Source: Pseudomonadota bacterium (GTDB taxonomy: Bacteria; Pseudomonadota; Gammaproteobacteria; Pseudomonadales; JADFDG01). From it: 64,000 bases of DNA. The stretch lies in contig JBMOOP010000027.1 in NCBI GenBank assembly GCA_049324495.1, forward strand, positions 30,623 through 94,622, written 5' to 3'. The translations under genes and the position numbers were made by a program. Shown piece after piece: positions 36,225-47,152 of this stretch. Within the stretch, counting starts at the first letter, position 1. Each line of letters starts with the position of its first letter. Under the pieces are notes generated by a model that saw only the letters and a program-made list of their open reading frames with translations, was not told the origin of the DNA and ran no database searches.

Positions 36225-38105
36225 TCAGCGCGACGGGTGGCGCTCTATGGCGGCCTTGAGGGCGGAGTGTTGTTGCTGCAGTTCCCGGTAACGGCCGTGA
36301 TCGGGGCCGTCTGGCCGACGCAGCTCCCGGGCCAGTTCGTCGTCACACCATGCGAATTCCAGCTGCCGGAGGCCATCTGAGATCTCCTGGCGCAGGGTTT
36401 CCAGACCTTCGGGGTTGTCTTTCGGGTGAATCAGGAATTCACGCCCCGCGAGGCTGGCAAAGCTGTCGAAGTGCTCGCTGCCCTGCAAGCGGCCGAACAG
36501 GGCCGCCACGGATGGAGGATCCGTGTCACGAAGAATATCGACAACCTCGCAGAGCAGGGCGACGTGGGGCTGTTCCAGCGCGCGCAGCTCCGGCAGCAGG
36601 GTGATCTCGCCGGCCAACTCCGGCGCGGCGAGCAGCTTGCGGACGATATGGCCGGCCACGCTGAGTGATGCGGCGCGGCCGGGGCGGGCGCGTGCCCCAC
36701 GCGCCTGCCACCCGCGTTGCTGCCCGGCGGTTCTTTCTGCAGGGTTGTCTGCGGGCGGCGGGATGTCGTGCGCTGGCGGTGAACCATCGTCACCATCGAA
36801 GCCGAGCGCCTCCGCCCGGCCGGTCGGTATGGCGGCAAGCAGGCGCGGATCGAGTTGAGCAATGTCGGCGAGTTTTTGCGTCATCAGTGCCCGCAGCACC
36901 TCGCCCGGCACCTGGGCGAGATAGGGTTTGGCGAGGGCGGCCAGACGCGCGCGGCCGTCGGTGCGGGAAAGATCGACGCGCGACGCGAGTTCGCGAAACA
37001 GTACGTCATCGACGCTGTGTGCCTGCGCGAGCAGATCGTTGAAGGCGGCGACGCCTTCGGCGCGCACCAGACTGTCCGGATCGTGCTCTGCCGGCAGAAA
37101 CAGGACGCGGGCGACGCGGCCATCCTGCATTTTCGGCAGCGTTGCTTCGAGTGCGCGCCACGCGGCCTTGCGGCCGGCGGCATCGCCATCGAAACAAAAA
37201 ACCACCTCGCTCGTCTGGCGGAACAGCAGATCGACGTGATCGCCGGTGCAGGCGGTACCGAGCGTGGCGACGGCGCAGGTGATGCCCTGCTGCGCCAGCG
37301 CGATCACATCCATATAGCCTTCGACGACGAGCAGTTTTTCCAGGGTGCGGTTTGCCTGTTTCGCTTCGTACAGGCCGTAAAGTTCGCGGCCCTTGTGGAA
37401 TACGGGTGTTTCCGGCGAGTTCAGGTATTTCGGTTTGCCATCGCCGATCACCCGACCACCGAACCCGATCACCCGGCCGCGCAGGTCGCGGATGGGAAAC
37501 ATGATGCGATCGCGAAAACGGTCGTAGGTTTTGCCGTCCTGCGCAACGATCAGGCCGGCGTCGATCAGCAAACGGTTTTTGGTTTCGTCGCCACCGAGCG
37601 CGGTCAGCAGATGATCCCAGCCGGGCGGTGCATAGCCGAGGCCGAAACGGCGCGCGATCTCGCCGGTAAGGCCGCGGCTGCGCAAGTAATCGACGGCACG
37701 GTTGCGCAGCGTATGCTGGCGCAATTGCTCCTGGCAGTTGCGATCGGCGTTGGCGAGCACCTCGTACAGCGCGCGATTGCGCGAGGACTGCGCATCGTCC
37801 TCGCTGCCCTCGTGCGGTACGGTAAGGCCGGTGCGACCAGCCAGTTCCTCGACGGCTTCAGGGAAGCTGCGGCGTTCGTAATCCATCAGAAAACCGATGG
37901 CGTTGCCGGTGGCGCCGCAGCCGAAACAGTAGAAGAACTGTTTGTCGGGGCTTACCGTAAACGACGGCGTTTTTTCCTTGTGGAACGGACAGCAGGCCGA
38001 ATAGTTGCGCCCGGCTCGCTTCAGCGGCACGCGCGACTCGATCACGCCGACGATATCGGTGCGGGCGAGGAGGTCGTCGATGAAGGTTTGCGGGACGCGG
38101 GCCAT
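36225..38105 (-). CDS. dnaG: DNA primase
   Basis: Zinc finger CCPFHKEKTPSFTVSPDKQFFYCFGCGATGN, and the TOPRIM region EGYMDVIAL...FDGDAAG. Confidence 0.96.
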   Translation of the reverse strand: MARVPQTFIDDLLARTDIVGVIESRVPLKRAGRNYSACCPFHKEKTPSFTVSPDKQFFYCFGCGATGNAIGFLMDYERRSFPEAVEELAGRTGLTVPHEGSEDDAQSSRNRALYEVLANADRNCQEQLRQHTLRNRAVDYLRSRGLTGEIARRFGLGYAPPGWDHLLTALGGDETKNRLLIDAGLIVAQDGKTYDRFRDRIMFPIRDLRGRVIGFGGRVIGDGKPKYLNSPETPVFHKGRELYGLYEAKQANRTLEKLLVVEGYMDVIALAQQGITCAVATLGTACTGDHVDLLFRQTSEVVFCFDGDAAGRKAAWRALEATLPKMQDGRVARVLFLPAEHDPDSLVRAEGVAAFNDLLAQAHSVDDVLFRELASRVDLSRTDGRARLAALAKPYLAQVPGEVLRALMTQKLADIAQLDPRLLAAIPTGRAEALGFDGDDGSPPAHDIPPPADNPAERTAGQQRGWQARGARARPGRAASLSVAGHIVRKLLAAPELAGEITLLPELRALEQPHVALLCEVVDILRDTDPPSVAALFGRLQGSEHFDSFASLAGREFLIHPKDNPEGLETLRQEISDGLRQLEFAWCDDELARELRRPDGPDHGRYRELQQQHSALKAAIERHPSR

Positions 38106-38156
38106 AGCGCGAGGTTAAACAAAAAGGCCGCCCTGTGCGCGGCCTTCCGGGGCCAG

Positions 38157-38606
38157 TCAGCCGCCAAGCTTCGCTTTCAGCTGATTGCTGACTGCGCCCA
38201 TGTCGGCACGGCCGGCGAGTTGCGGACGCAGTAAGTTCATCGTCTTGCCCATGTCGCGCATGCCCGTGGCGCCGCTGGCGCTGATGGCTTGCGCGATCAG
38301 CGCATCGATTTCGGTGGCGCTGAGCTGTGCCGGCAGGAACTCTTGCAGCACGGTGATCTCGGCTTGCTCCTGGGCGACAAGATCGGCGCGGTTGGCCTGC
38401 TCGTACTGGGCGATGGATTCGCGCCGTTGCTTGACCATTTTGTCGAGCACGGCAAGCACATCGCTGTCGGTGAGCTCCTTGCGCTCATCGACTTCAACCT
38501 GCTTGATCGCGGCGAGGGCCAAACGCACAGCGGCGAGGCGCTCCTTTTGATAGGCACGCATCGCCGCTTTCATCGCCTCGGTGAGGCGGGATTTCAATTC
38601 AGACAC
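38157..38606 (-). CDS. GatB/YqeY domain-containing protein
   Basis: MSELKSRLTEAMKAAMRAYQKERLAAVRLALAAIKQVEVDERKELTDSDVLAVLDKMVKQRRESI. Confidence 0.88.
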   Translation of the reverse strand: MSELKSRLTEAMKAAMRAYQKERLAAVRLALAAIKQVEVDERKELTDSDVLAVLDKMVKQRRESIAQYEQANRADLVAQEQAEITVLQEFLPAQLSATEIDALIAQAISASGATGMRDMGKTMNLLRPQLAGRADMGAVSNQLKAKLGG

Positions 38607-38681
38607 AGCAGTTGCGACATGTCAGCTCCGGCTTGTCGCTGACGACGCTTGCCAAAAATGGCGAGCAGCCGGAGGTGGAAA

Positions 38682-38897
38682 TCAGTACATGCGCTGGCGG
38701 ATAACCGACTCGCGCGACACCTTCTTCTGGTGACGCTTTACAGCGGCAGCCTTCTTGCGCTTGCGCTCCATCGTGGGCTTCTCGTAAGCCTCGCGACGAC
38801 GGACTTCAGCCAGCAGGCCGGCTTTTTCGCAGGAACGCTTGAAGCGACGCAGGGCGACGTCGAACGGCTCGCCTTCACGGAGTTTGACTTGCGGCAT
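38682..38897 (-). CDS. rpsU: 30S ribosomal protein S21
   Basis: [55 protein letters not shown]. Confidence 0.97.
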   Translation of the reverse strand: MPQVKLREGEPFDVALRRFKRSCEKAGLLAEVRRREAYEKPTMERKRKKAAAVKRHQKKVSRESVIRQRMY

Positions 38898-39100
38898 GCA
38901 GATACACCTACCAGATGAAAGACGTTGGAAACCGGTTTCTTTTCCTGATCCCTGCCGGCCGGTTTGCGGCTGTCGGACGGCGGGAAGGCCGCGCATTCTA
39001 GCCGCCTGTCTTGCGGATTGCCAGCCGCCGGGCGGCTATCTGCCGGGTACAATGCCACTCCTTGACTGCCGCCCAAGCCGGCACGGCCCGGATCCCCATC

Positions 39101-40153
39101 ATGCGCGTTCTCGGTATCGAAACCTCCTGCGATGAAACCGGTGTGGCTGTTTATGAGGCCGCCGCGGGCGGTGACGGCAGCCTGCTGGCACATCGTTTGT
39201 ACAGCCAGATTCCCCTGCATGCCGAGTACGGCGGCGTGGTGCCGGAGCTGGCCTCCCGCGACCATGTCCGCCGCCTGCTACCGCTGGTGACGGAAGTGCT
39301 CGCTATCGCTGGGCATGCTGGAAACAAGCCGGTTGACGCGATCGCCTATACCGCCGGCCCGGGCCTTGCCGGGGCTCTGCTGGTGGGCGCCTGCACGGCC
39401 CGGGCGCTGGCCATGGCCTGGGAGGTTCCGGCTATCGAGGTCCATCACATGGAGGCGCATCTGCTGGCGCCGCTGCTGGAGGCCAACCCGCCAGCCTTCC
39501 CCTTCCTCGCCTTGCTGGTCAGCGGCGGGCACACCCAGATCGTCGACGTGGCAGGGGTGGGGTGCTACCGGCTGCTGGGTGAGTCCATCGACGACGCTGC
39601 CGGGGAGGCCTTCGACAAGACTGCCAAGCTGTTGGGTCTGCCTTATCCCGGCGGTCCGGTGCTGGCAAAACTTGCCGAGGGCGGCGATGCGTCCGCCTAC
39701 GCCTTCCCCCGGCCGATGACCGACCGCCCTGGCTTCGATTTCAGTTTCAGCGGACTGAAAACGGCGGTGATGCTGGCGATCAAGGCGGCGCGTGATGCGC
39801 AAGGTGAAATCGCCGCTACCGCGCGCGCCAACCTCGCGGCCTCGTTCCAGCAGGCGGTGGTCGACACGCTGGCCATCAAGTGCCGGGCGGCACTGGCGGC
39901 GACTGGGCGGCGCGATCTGGTGGTGGCGGGCGGGGTGAGCGCGAATCTGTGTTTGCGTGTTGCCCTGCAGGAAATGACCGCGCGACTCGATGCCCGCGTA
40001 CATTACCCGCGCTTCGAATTTTGCAGCGACAACGGCGCAATGGTGGCGTTTGCCGGCGCGCAGCGGCTGCGCGCCGGTGAGCGGGCAGGGTTGGAAATCA
40101 GGGTACGAGCGCGCTGGCCGATGACGGATTTGCAGGCGCCGGCACCCGGCTGA
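39101..40153 (+). CDS. tsaD: tRNA N6-adenosine threonylcarbamoyltransferase
   Basis: [43 protein letters not shown]. Confidence 0.95.
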   Translation: MRVLGIETSCDETGVAVYEAAAGGDGSLLAHRLYSQIPLHAEYGGVVPELASRDHVRRLLPLVTEVLAIAGHAGNKPVDAIAYTAGPGLAGALLVGACTARALAMAWEVPAIEVHHMEAHLLAPLLEANPPAFPFLALLVSGGHTQIVDVAGVGCYRLLGESIDDAAGEAFDKTAKLLGLPYPGGPVLAKLAEGGDASAYAFPRPMTDRPGFDFSFSGLKTAVMLAIKAARDAQGEIAATARANLAASFQQAVVDTLAIKCRAALAATGRRDLVVAGGVSANLCLRVALQEMTARLDARVHYPRFEFCSDNGAMVAFAGAQRLRAGERAGLEIRVRARWPMTDLQAPAPG

Positions 40154-40159
40154 TTTTGT

Positions 40160-40804
40160 TCAGTCCTGCTTGCGGAAACTGTGTTCCCGGCCGGCCAGCA
40201 GTTCCCTGATGTTCTGCCGGTGGCGCCAGATCAGCAGCATCGACAGCGGTATCATCGCACCGAGAAATTGCGGTGCGAAAACCCACAACCAGAGGGGCGC
40301 CAGCGCCCAGCTGACGATCGCCGCCAGGGACGAAATCCGGAACAGCAGGAATACCAGCAGCCAGGAAATCATCACCGCGAGGCCGGCCGGCCAGGCGAGC
40401 GTATTGATGACGCCGAGCGCCGTGGCGACGCCCTTGCCGCCCTCGAAGCGGAAGAACATCGGGTAGAGATGGCCGAGGAAGGCAAAGAAGCCGATCCAGG
40501 CGAGGGCCACCGCGTCGACGCCGACGAGACGGGCGAGCAGCACCGGCAGCACGCCCTTGAGCACGTCGCCGAGCAGTGTGACGGCGGCCGCCGGTTTGCC
40601 GGCCACGCGCAACACGTTGGTGGCGCCGGGATTGCCGGAGCCTTCGTCACGCGGATCGGGGTAGCCGAGGGCGCGGCAAACGAGGATGGCGGTGGAGATT
40701 GAGCCGAGCAGGTAGCCCAGTACGCAGAAGCCGATAACTGTGGCGATTACTGCGGGCGTTGCTGCGGGCGTTGCTACGGCGCCGAAGAGTTGTGAGAATT
40801 CCAC
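40160..40804 (-). CDS. plsY: glycerol-3-phosphate acyltransferase PlsY
   Basis: GYLLGSISTAILV...GSGNPGATNVLR...FLGHLYPMFFRFEGGKGVAT. Confidence 0.92.
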   Translation of the reverse strand: MEFSQLFGAVATPAATPAVIATVIGFCVLGYLLGSISTAILVCRALGYPDPRDEGSGNPGATNVLRVAGKPAAAVTLLGDVLKGVLPVLLARLVGVDAVALAWIGFFAFLGHLYPMFFRFEGGKGVATALGVINTLAWPAGLAVMISWLLVFLLFRISSLAAIVSWALAPLWLWVFAPQFLGAMIPLSMLLIWRHRQNIRELLAGREHSFRKQD

Positions 40805-40917
40805 GCCTTTTCCCCAGGCTGTTTGCGGCCGCCGATTCTAGTCTGCGGCCTCGCCGCTGTCCCCGCCGCCCGGCGGCCGAATCACCACAGGGCATGATGC
40901 CAGGCAGGTACAGCACC

Positions 40918-41274
40918 ATGGATATCGTTTACATCAACGATCTGCGGGTCGATACCCTGATCGGGATTTTTGCCTGGGAGCGGCGCATCCGGCAGACCAT
41001 CAGCATTGATCTTGAAATGGGGTTCGATATCCGCAAGGCGGCCGCCAGCGATGACATCAGGGACACGCTCGATTACAAGGCGGTGGGCAAGCGCATCATC
41101 GCTTACGTGCAGCAAAGCGAAGCGAAGCTGGTGGAGCGCCTCGCGGAGGAGATAGCCCAACTGGTACTCGCCGAGTTCCGGGTGCCGTGGTTGCGCTTGC
41201 GGCTGTCCAAACCCGGGGCATTGCGCGGCGCGAAAGATGTCGGCTTGGTGATTGAACGCGGTTCGCCACCATGA
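40918..41274 (+). CDS. folB: dihydroneopterin aldolase
   Basis: MDIVYINDLRVDTLIGIFAWERRIRQTISIDLEM...DDIRDTLDYKAV. Confidence 0.9.
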   Translation: MDIVYINDLRVDTLIGIFAWERRIRQTISIDLEMGFDIRKAAASDDIRDTLDYKAVGKRIIAYVQQSEAKLVERLAEEIAQLVLAEFRVPWLRLRLSKPGALRGAKDVGLVIERGSPP

Positions 41275-41792
41275 TGCGCGCCGGATACGTGCGCGCATGG
41301 CTCAGTCTGGGTAGCAACGTCGAACGCGAGCAGCATATCCGTGCCGCGCTGGATGCGCTCGCCGGGCGTTTTGGCGAGCTGGTGATCTCGCCGGTGTATG
41401 ACAGTGCATCGGTAGGATTTGTCGGCAGCCCCTTCCTCAATCTGGTGGTGGGGATTGATACCGACATGTCGGTTGGTGCGTTGTCGGCGTGGTTGCGGGC
41501 GCTGGAAGATGCCAACGGGCGGGTGCGGGCGCAGGGGCGCCAGTACAACGACCGCACGCTCGACATCGACATCCTCACGTTCGGTGATGTGCAGGGCGTT
41601 GTCGATGGCGTGGCGCTGCCGCGTGCGGAAATCGTGAAGCATGCGTTTGTGCTGCGGCCGCTGGCCGATGTGGCACCCGATGAATGTCATCCGGCATTCG
41701 GCGTGAGTTGGCGCGAAATGCTTGCGGCAAGGGATTTCAATTTGCAGGCGCTAAAGGCACGGTCGTTTGCCTGGCATGAGCGCGAGCTGTAG
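41271..41792 (+). CDS. folK: 2-amino-4-hydroxy-6-hydroxymethyldihydropteridine diphosphokinase
   Basis: AWLSLGSNVERE...ISPVYDS...NDRTLDIDILTFGD...HAFVLRPLADVAPD. 4-nt overlap with folB. Confidence 0.9.
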   Translation: MMRAGYVRAWLSLGSNVEREQHIRAALDALAGRFGELVISPVYDSASVGFVGSPFLNLVVGIDTDMSVGALSAWLRALEDANGRVRAQGRQYNDRTLDIDILTFGDVQGVVDGVALPRAEIVKHAFVLRPLADVAPDECHPAFGVSWREMLAARDFNLQALKARSFAWHEREL

Positions 41793-41908
41793 TGTACGGA
41801 ATCGGGCACTGATTGACGTGCGCGAGATATCGCCAGCCCTGCGCGTCAAGCGAGAAGTATTGTCGCAACGTGACCAGTTGCTGGTGCTTCATGAGCCAGC
41901 AGGCAGAC

Positions 41909-41930
41909 GAAAACCGCAAAGACGGTTTTC
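41909..41930. terminator. hairpin between convergent folK and the DUF4124 gene
   Basis: GAAAACCG-CAAAGA-CGGTTTTC, an 8-bp stem whose 3' arm supplies the U run. It lies 8 nt from the DUF4124 gene stop. Confidence 0.45.
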
Positions 41931-41937
41931 CGTAATC

Positions 41938-42366
41938 TCATGTGCAGTTTTCGCTTATCCAGAGGCGGAGTTCCTGCTCTTTACTCGCGCGTTCTTTTTC
42001 CGTTGTTGGAATCACATTGCCCTGTTCATCGCGGAATTCGACACGACGGGAAATCCTGGCGAGGCGCGCAGTTTCTGCCTTGCAATCGGCCTGTTTTTTG
42101 TTGGCGGTTGGCGCAGGGGTTTGCGGCTTTTTCGGTGTCTTTTCCATTGTGGCGTGGCGTAACCGGTCGTTGCGCTCGTAGATCCTGCGGACATTTTCGT
42201 CAGTGCCAGGTTTGTAATCCTTGACCTCGACAATTTCCGTTTTTCCGTTCTTGTCGACCGGTTTGTCGCTGAAGTGGACCCGGCCCTGAGCGTCGGTCCA
42301 CTTGTATATTTCCGCGTCGGCGACGATCGGCGCGGCAAGCAGCAGGACGATGAGTGTGCTTTTCAT
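41938..42366 (-). CDS. DUF4124 domain-containing secreted protein
   Basis: MKSTLIVLLLAAPIVADAEIYKWTDAQGRVHFSDKP is the DUF4124 signature. It has a Lys-rich C-terminal half with two Cys. Confidence 0.8.
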   Translation of the reverse strand: MKSTLIVLLLAAPIVADAEIYKWTDAQGRVHFSDKPVDKNGKTEIVEVKDYKPGTDENVRRIYERNDRLRHATMEKTPKKPQTPAPTANKKQADCKAETARLARISRRVEFRDEQGNVIPTTEKERASKEQELRLWISENCT

Positions 42367-42374
42367 GGCCAGCT

Positions 42375-43103
42375 TCACATGTTCAGCGAGCGGCCGCCAT
42401 CGACGGCGATGATCTGGCCGGTTATGTAGTCGGCCTGGGTGGCAAGAAAGATCACGGTGCGAGCGATGTCGGCTGCGTCGCCAACGCGTTGCAGCGGAAT
42501 TTTTGCCAGCAATCGCTGCCGATAGGCATCGTTGGCGTGCTCCGGCCAGATGATTGCGCCAGGCGCGATCGCGTTGACGCGCACGCCGGGGGCGAGATCG
42601 TGCGCCAGCGAGCGGGTCAGCGAGACCAGGCCGGCTTTGGTCATTGCATAGAGCGGGTGATCCTTGAGCGGACGCTCGGCATAGATGTCGGTGAGATTGA
42701 TAATGCTGCCGAAATTCGCTGCGAGTAATTTGTGCAGACCTTGGGCGAGGAAAAACGGTGCTCGCAGGTTGCTGTTGACCAGAGTATTCCACTGTTCTGG
42801 CGTGGCAGTATTGAGCGGCGTCGGGAAAAACGCCGACGCATTGTTGACCAGCAGCGACAGATCGGGCGCCAGCTCACGGGTTTCGGCGAGGATATTGTCG
42901 AGCGCGCCTGCGTCGGCAAGATCGCCGAGCAGCAGCACGGCGGAATCGCGGCGCAGTGCATTGAATGTTGCGACCAACAGTTCGCCCTCGGCACGCGAGG
43001 CGTGGCAGTGAACGAGTACACGATAACCTTCCGCGTGCAGTGCCCGGCAGATGGCTGCACCGATCCGCTTCGCGCCTCCGGTGACCAGTGCTGCTCTATT
43101 CAT
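42375..43103 (-). CDS. pteridine reductase (SDR family, FolM/PTR1-like)
   Basis: [63 protein letters not shown]. Confidence 0.8.
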   Translation of the reverse strand: MNRAALVTGGAKRIGAAICRALHAEGYRVLVHCHASRAEGELLVATFNALRRDSAVLLLGDLADAGALDNILAETRELAPDLSLLVNNASAFFPTPLNTATPEQWNTLVNSNLRAPFFLAQGLHKLLAANFGSIINLTDIYAERPLKDHPLYAMTKAGLVSLTRSLAHDLAPGVRVNAIAPGAIIWPEHANDAYRQRLLAKIPLQRVGDAADIARTVIFLATQADYITGQIIAVDGGRSLNM

Positions 43104-44341
43104 ACTGGCAGCTCTTTGTCGGTTTGCGCCTTGAGATCGGCGAGCCGCTGCGTGCGTTCCTGCCGGATGGCATTGCCGAGCGCGACACCGGCAAGGCCGC
43201 GTTCGCGCAGCGGGCCAACATCAATGTGGTGGGTCAGAGTCAGCGCCCGGTGCAGGTAATCGCCCTGCGGGTATGGGCGATCTTCAAAACCGAGCCGGCC
43301 CAGATAGTCGGCCTGGCAGGCAGTTACGAATTCCGCGAAACGATCCGGTCGCCGGAAGGCGTCGATTTTTTCCAGCAATTCGAGAAGCGTGGCTGGCCGC
43401 AGTTCGTAAACGCGGTGTGCCAGGCCGTGAAAATGCGCGACATGCACCGCGAGATCGCGGAAATCGTTCGGAATGCGCAGGCGGTCGCATAATTGGCGCA
43501 CCAGTTTCACGCTGCGGTGCTCGTGGCCGATATGGCGTGGCAACACCTCGGCTGGCGTTTCGCCCTTGCCCAGATCATGGGTGAGCGCGGCAAAGCGCAC
43601 ATGCGCGGCAGCGGAAAGTTTTTCGGCAGCATCGAGTACCATCATGACATGCACGCCGGTATCGATTTCCGGGTGGTAGTCGGCGCGCTGCGGTACGCCC
43701 CAAAGTTTTTCAGCTTCCGGAAACAGCACGGCAAGCGCCCCGCAGGCGCGTAGCGTTTCGAAATACACGCGCGGCGACGGGCCGGCCAGCGCGCGGTGCG
43801 TTTCCTGCCAGACGCGCTCGGCGGTGAGATCGTTCAGTTCACCGGAGCGACTCATTTCACGCAGCAGCGTCATGGTTTCGGCGGCGACGCTAAAACCCTG
43901 CGAGGCAAACCGGGCAGCGAAGCGCGCGACGCGCAGCACCCGCAGCGGATCTTCGCGAAAGGCTGGCGAGACGTGCCGCAGCAGTCGTGCATCCAGATCG
44001 GCGCGGCCGCCGTAAGGGTCGATGAGGGTGCCGTTTTCGTGTCGGGCAATGGCGTTGATGGTGAGATCGCGGCGCAGCAGGTCTTCTTCGAGCGTTACCG
44101 AGGGATCGGCATGCACGATGAAGCCGTGGTAACCGCGACCGTTCTTGCGCTCGGTGCGGGCCAGCGCGTATTCGTCTTTCGTCTGTGGGTGGAGGAAAAC
44201 GGGGAAGTCCTTGCCGACGGGCGTGTAGCCAAGCGCCACCATAGCGTCGGGCGTTGCGCCGACCACCACCCAGTCGCGTTCCTTGACCGGCAGGCCCAGT
44301 AGCGCATCGCGCACGGCACCGCCGACGAGATAAGCCTGCAT
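43100..44341 (-). CDS. cca: multifunctional CCA-adding enzyme with HD phosphohydrolase domain
   Basis: [41 protein letters not shown], and HD region ALTHDLGKG. Confidence 0.93.
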   Translation of the reverse strand: MQAYLVGGAVRDALLGLPVKERDWVVVGATPDAMVALGYTPVGKDFPVFLHPQTKDEYALARTERKNGRGYHGFIVHADPSVTLEEDLLRRDLTINAIARHENGTLIDPYGGRADLDARLLRHVSPAFREDPLRVLRVARFAARFASQGFSVAAETMTLLREMSRSGELNDLTAERVWQETHRALAGPSPRVYFETLRACGALAVLFPEAEKLWGVPQRADYHPEIDTGVHVMMVLDAAEKLSAAAHVRFAALTHDLGKGETPAEVLPRHIGHEHRSVKLVRQLCDRLRIPNDFRDLAVHVAHFHGLAHRVYELRPATLLELLEKIDAFRRPDRFAEFVTACQADYLGRLGFEDRPYPQGDYLHRALTLTHHIDVGPLRERGLAGVALGNAIRQERTQRLADLKAQTDKELPV

Positions 44342-44603
44342 TGACGGCGCCACATCGGTTAAGGAATGATTGGCCCATGATGTGTGAAGCAATCAGGCAA
44401 GACAACCGCAAGGCGCTGTGGGTGGCACGAATTCCGTGTCGCTCGCGGTGCCGTTTGCGTGACTGATTCCACATCACGCTTCCGGGGGCCGCAGCGACAC
44501 TGTCCTGCGGCCCTTGTCGTTTTGGGTCCCCGCCGGCAGTGATCACAGTGGCTTCTTCACCAGGAATACGCGCAGGCCGCGTGTTCCAAGCAGGAGAGGT
44601 GGC

Positions 44604-45551
44604 ATGCGTGCCGTTGTTTTTCCGATCGCCCTGTCGTATCTGATCGTGGTTGTCGTCTGGTCGACCACACCGTTGTTTCTCTACCTCAGCACCCGTGCTT
44701 TCCCGGCGGAGCTCGCCGGTGGTCTGCGCATGGCCGCCGGCGCCCTGGTGGCCAGCCTGCTGATATGGGCGACCGGCGGTGTGCTGCGGCGTGATCGGGC
44801 GGCGCTGCTGACCTATGTGGTGATGCTGCCCGGCGTATTTGGCGCCATGTACCTTTCGTACCTGGCAGCCCCGCATGTTCCCAGCGGACTTATTTCGGTC
44901 CTGTTCGGACTCAGTCCGATCATCTCCGCCCTGTGCGCGCGTGCGCTTGCTGTCGATCCGCTACCGGGCATGGCGCGCTTTGGCGCGGCGCTGATCGCGT
45001 TGGCCGGGCTGGTTTTTATCACCAGTGAGAGCGAGCGGGGCGCTACACAGGTTGATGTCGTCGGCATCGTCATGCTGCTCGTCGCCGTGTTGCTGTTCAG
45101 TGTCAGTGCCGTGCTGGTTCGCAAGCTCGGCAGCGGTGTCGATGCCCTGGTGCAGACCGTCGGGGCGCTGTGGGTGTCGTTGCCGTTCTATGCCGGCGCG
45201 TGGTTGTTGCGCGGTGCGCCGCTGCCCGATGCGCAAAGTGCGGATTTCATGTTGTCGCTGGCCGCCATAGCGTACCTGGCGCTGTTTGGCTCGGTGCTCG
45301 GTTTTGTCTGTTATTACCAGGTTCTCAAGCGGATGCCGGCCGCAAGTGCGGCGCTGATCACCGTGATCGTGCCGGTGTTCGCCCTGGGCCTCGGGGCGCT
45401 GGTGAACGACGAGCGGTTGACAGTCGCCATGTTGCTTGGCGCTTTGCTGGTGGTGGTGGGTGTTGCCGGGTTTTTGCTGCCGGCATCGAGCCTGCGCACG
45501 CTCCGGCAGTGGGTATTGACGCGGTTGCGGCCGGCAGCCGGTGACGATTGA
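44604..45551 (+). CDS. EamA/DMT family transporter
   Basis: 315 aa with about 10 hydrophobic helices in two EamA-like halves. AGGAGAGG RBS before the ATG at 44604. Confidence 0.8.
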   Translation: MRAVVFPIALSYLIVVVVWSTTPLFLYLSTRAFPAELAGGLRMAAGALVASLLIWATGGVLRRDRAALLTYVVMLPGVFGAMYLSYLAAPHVPSGLISVLFGLSPIISALCARALAVDPLPGMARFGAALIALAGLVFITSESERGATQVDVVGIVMLLVAVLLFSVSAVLVRKLGSGVDALVQTVGALWVSLPFYAGAWLLRGAPLPDAQSADFMLSLAAIAYLALFGSVLGFVCYYQVLKRMPAASAALITVIVPVFALGLGALVNDERLTVAMLLGALLVVVGVAGFLLPASSLRTLRQWVLTRLRPAAGDD

Positions 45552-45686
45552 TGTTTCCGGCTCTGGCGTTGAGCGCTCGTGTCATTGCCCGAAGTACTCA
45601 GCCATGGTGTGATCGCGCCTCGCTTTTTGCGGATAGACAGCCGCGGCTCCTGCCTTGGGCCGACACGCCATTGAATGGGAAGCACC

Positions 45687-46667
45687 ATGATCAAGACCCG
45701 TATCACCGAGATGCTCGGCATCAAGCACCCGATCGTTCAGGGCGGCATGATGAACGTCGGCTTTGCCGAACTCGCCGCTGCCGTGTCCAATGCTGGCGGT
45801 CTTGGCATTCTTACCGCACTCAGCCAGCCGACGCCGGACGATCTGCGCAAGGAGATCGCGCGTTGCCGGACGCTGACCGGCAAACCGTTCGGGGTGAACC
45901 TCACCATTCTGCCGACGATCAAACCGGTGCCCTACGAGGAATACGTGCGCGTAATCTGCGAGGCGGGCGTGAAAGTGGCGGAAACGGCCGGGCGCAATCC
46001 GGAACCGTACATGCCGATGTTCCGCGAATACGGCGTGCTGGTGATTCACAAGTGCACCAGCGTTCGCCATGCGCTCAAGGCGGAGAAACTCGGTGTCGCG
46101 GCGGTGAGTGTCGACGGCTTTGAGTGCGCCGGCCACCCCGGCGAAGACGATGTGCCGAATCTGGTCTTGCTGCCGGCTGCCGCCGCGAAACTGAAAATCC
46201 CGATGCTCGCTTCCGGCGGGATCGGCACCGGCACGCAAATGGCGGCCTGCCTCGCGCTGGGCGCGGAAGGCATCAACATGGGCACGCGTTTTCTTGCCAC
46301 GAAAGAAGCGCCGGTGCACGACAACATCAAGCAGGCGCTGGTGAATTCCAGCGAACTGGATACCGCGTTGATTTACCGCACCCTGAAAAATACTGCACGT
46401 GTCCACAAGAATTCCGTGGCAAAAAAAGTGCTGGAAATCGAAGCCCGACCGGGAGAGACAAACTTCGATGACATCAAGGATCTGGTGACGGGCGTCAAAG
46501 GCAAGGAATTGTTGAAAACCGGCGATCTCGAATACGGCGTCTGGACTGCCGGCCAGGTACAGGGTCTGATCGACGACGTACCCAGTTGCCAGGAGCTGAT
46601 CGATCGCCTGATGCGCGATTGCGAGGCAACGATTCTGCAACGGTTGGTGGGCATGATTCAGAAGTGA
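45687..46667 (+). CDS. nitronate monooxygenase family / NAD(P)H-dependent flavin oxidoreductase
   Basis: MIKTRITEMLGIKHPIVQGGMMNVGFAELAAAVSNAGGLGILT, and ASGGIGTG. Confidence 0.88.
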   Translation: MIKTRITEMLGIKHPIVQGGMMNVGFAELAAAVSNAGGLGILTALSQPTPDDLRKEIARCRTLTGKPFGVNLTILPTIKPVPYEEYVRVICEAGVKVAETAGRNPEPYMPMFREYGVLVIHKCTSVRHALKAEKLGVAAVSVDGFECAGHPGEDDVPNLVLLPAAAAKLKIPMLASGGIGTGTQMAACLALGAEGINMGTRFLATKEAPVHDNIKQALVNSSELDTALIYRTLKNTARVHKNSVAKKVLEIEARPGETNFDDIKDLVTGVKGKELLKTGDLEYGVWTAGQVQGLIDDVPSCQELIDRLMRDCEATILQRLVGMIQK

Positions 46668-46766
46668 TGTCGCGGCGGTATTTCCGCCGGTCGTCGCATT
46701 TACGGTCGGCGGAACCGCAGGTTATGCTCAAGCCTGCCGCCGCAAGGCTCAACAAGGAGAAGCAAC

Positions 46767-47114
46767 ATGGCTGTCGCTGTCTGCAAGGCATCTGACCTGC
46801 CGGTCGGTTCGCACAAGGAGTTCGCTGTCAACGGCGAGACTGTATTGGTCTTCCATCTGGATGACGGTTTCTACGCGACGCAAAACCGTTGCACGCACCT
46901 GTTCATGTCACTGAAGAAAGGTAAGCTGATCGACGGCTGCAAAATCCAGTGCCCGTTTCATCGTGCGCAGTTCGACGTGCGCACCGGTGCTGTTGCCTGT
47001 TGGGCAAACTTTCCGCCGGGCGTGCAGATGTTGAATGTGGTACGCGGTGAAAAGCCATTGAAGACGTTCGCGACGAGCGTCGTCAATGGCGAGGTGTTCG
47101 TCGAGGTCGGCTGA
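46767..47114 (+). CDS. Rieske [2Fe-2S] domain ferredoxin
   Basis: CTHLF...(17 aa)...CPFHRAQF Rieske motif. 115 aa. Confidence 0.88.
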   Translation: MAVAVCKASDLPVGSHKEFAVNGETVLVFHLDDGFYATQNRCTHLFMSLKKGKLIDGCKIQCPFHRAQFDVRTGAVACWANFPPGVQMLNVVRGEKPLKTFATSVVNGEVFVEVG

Positions 47115-47152
47115 ACGCCGCGCGGTGGTAGCGCCGGTGCGCCGGGCGCCGG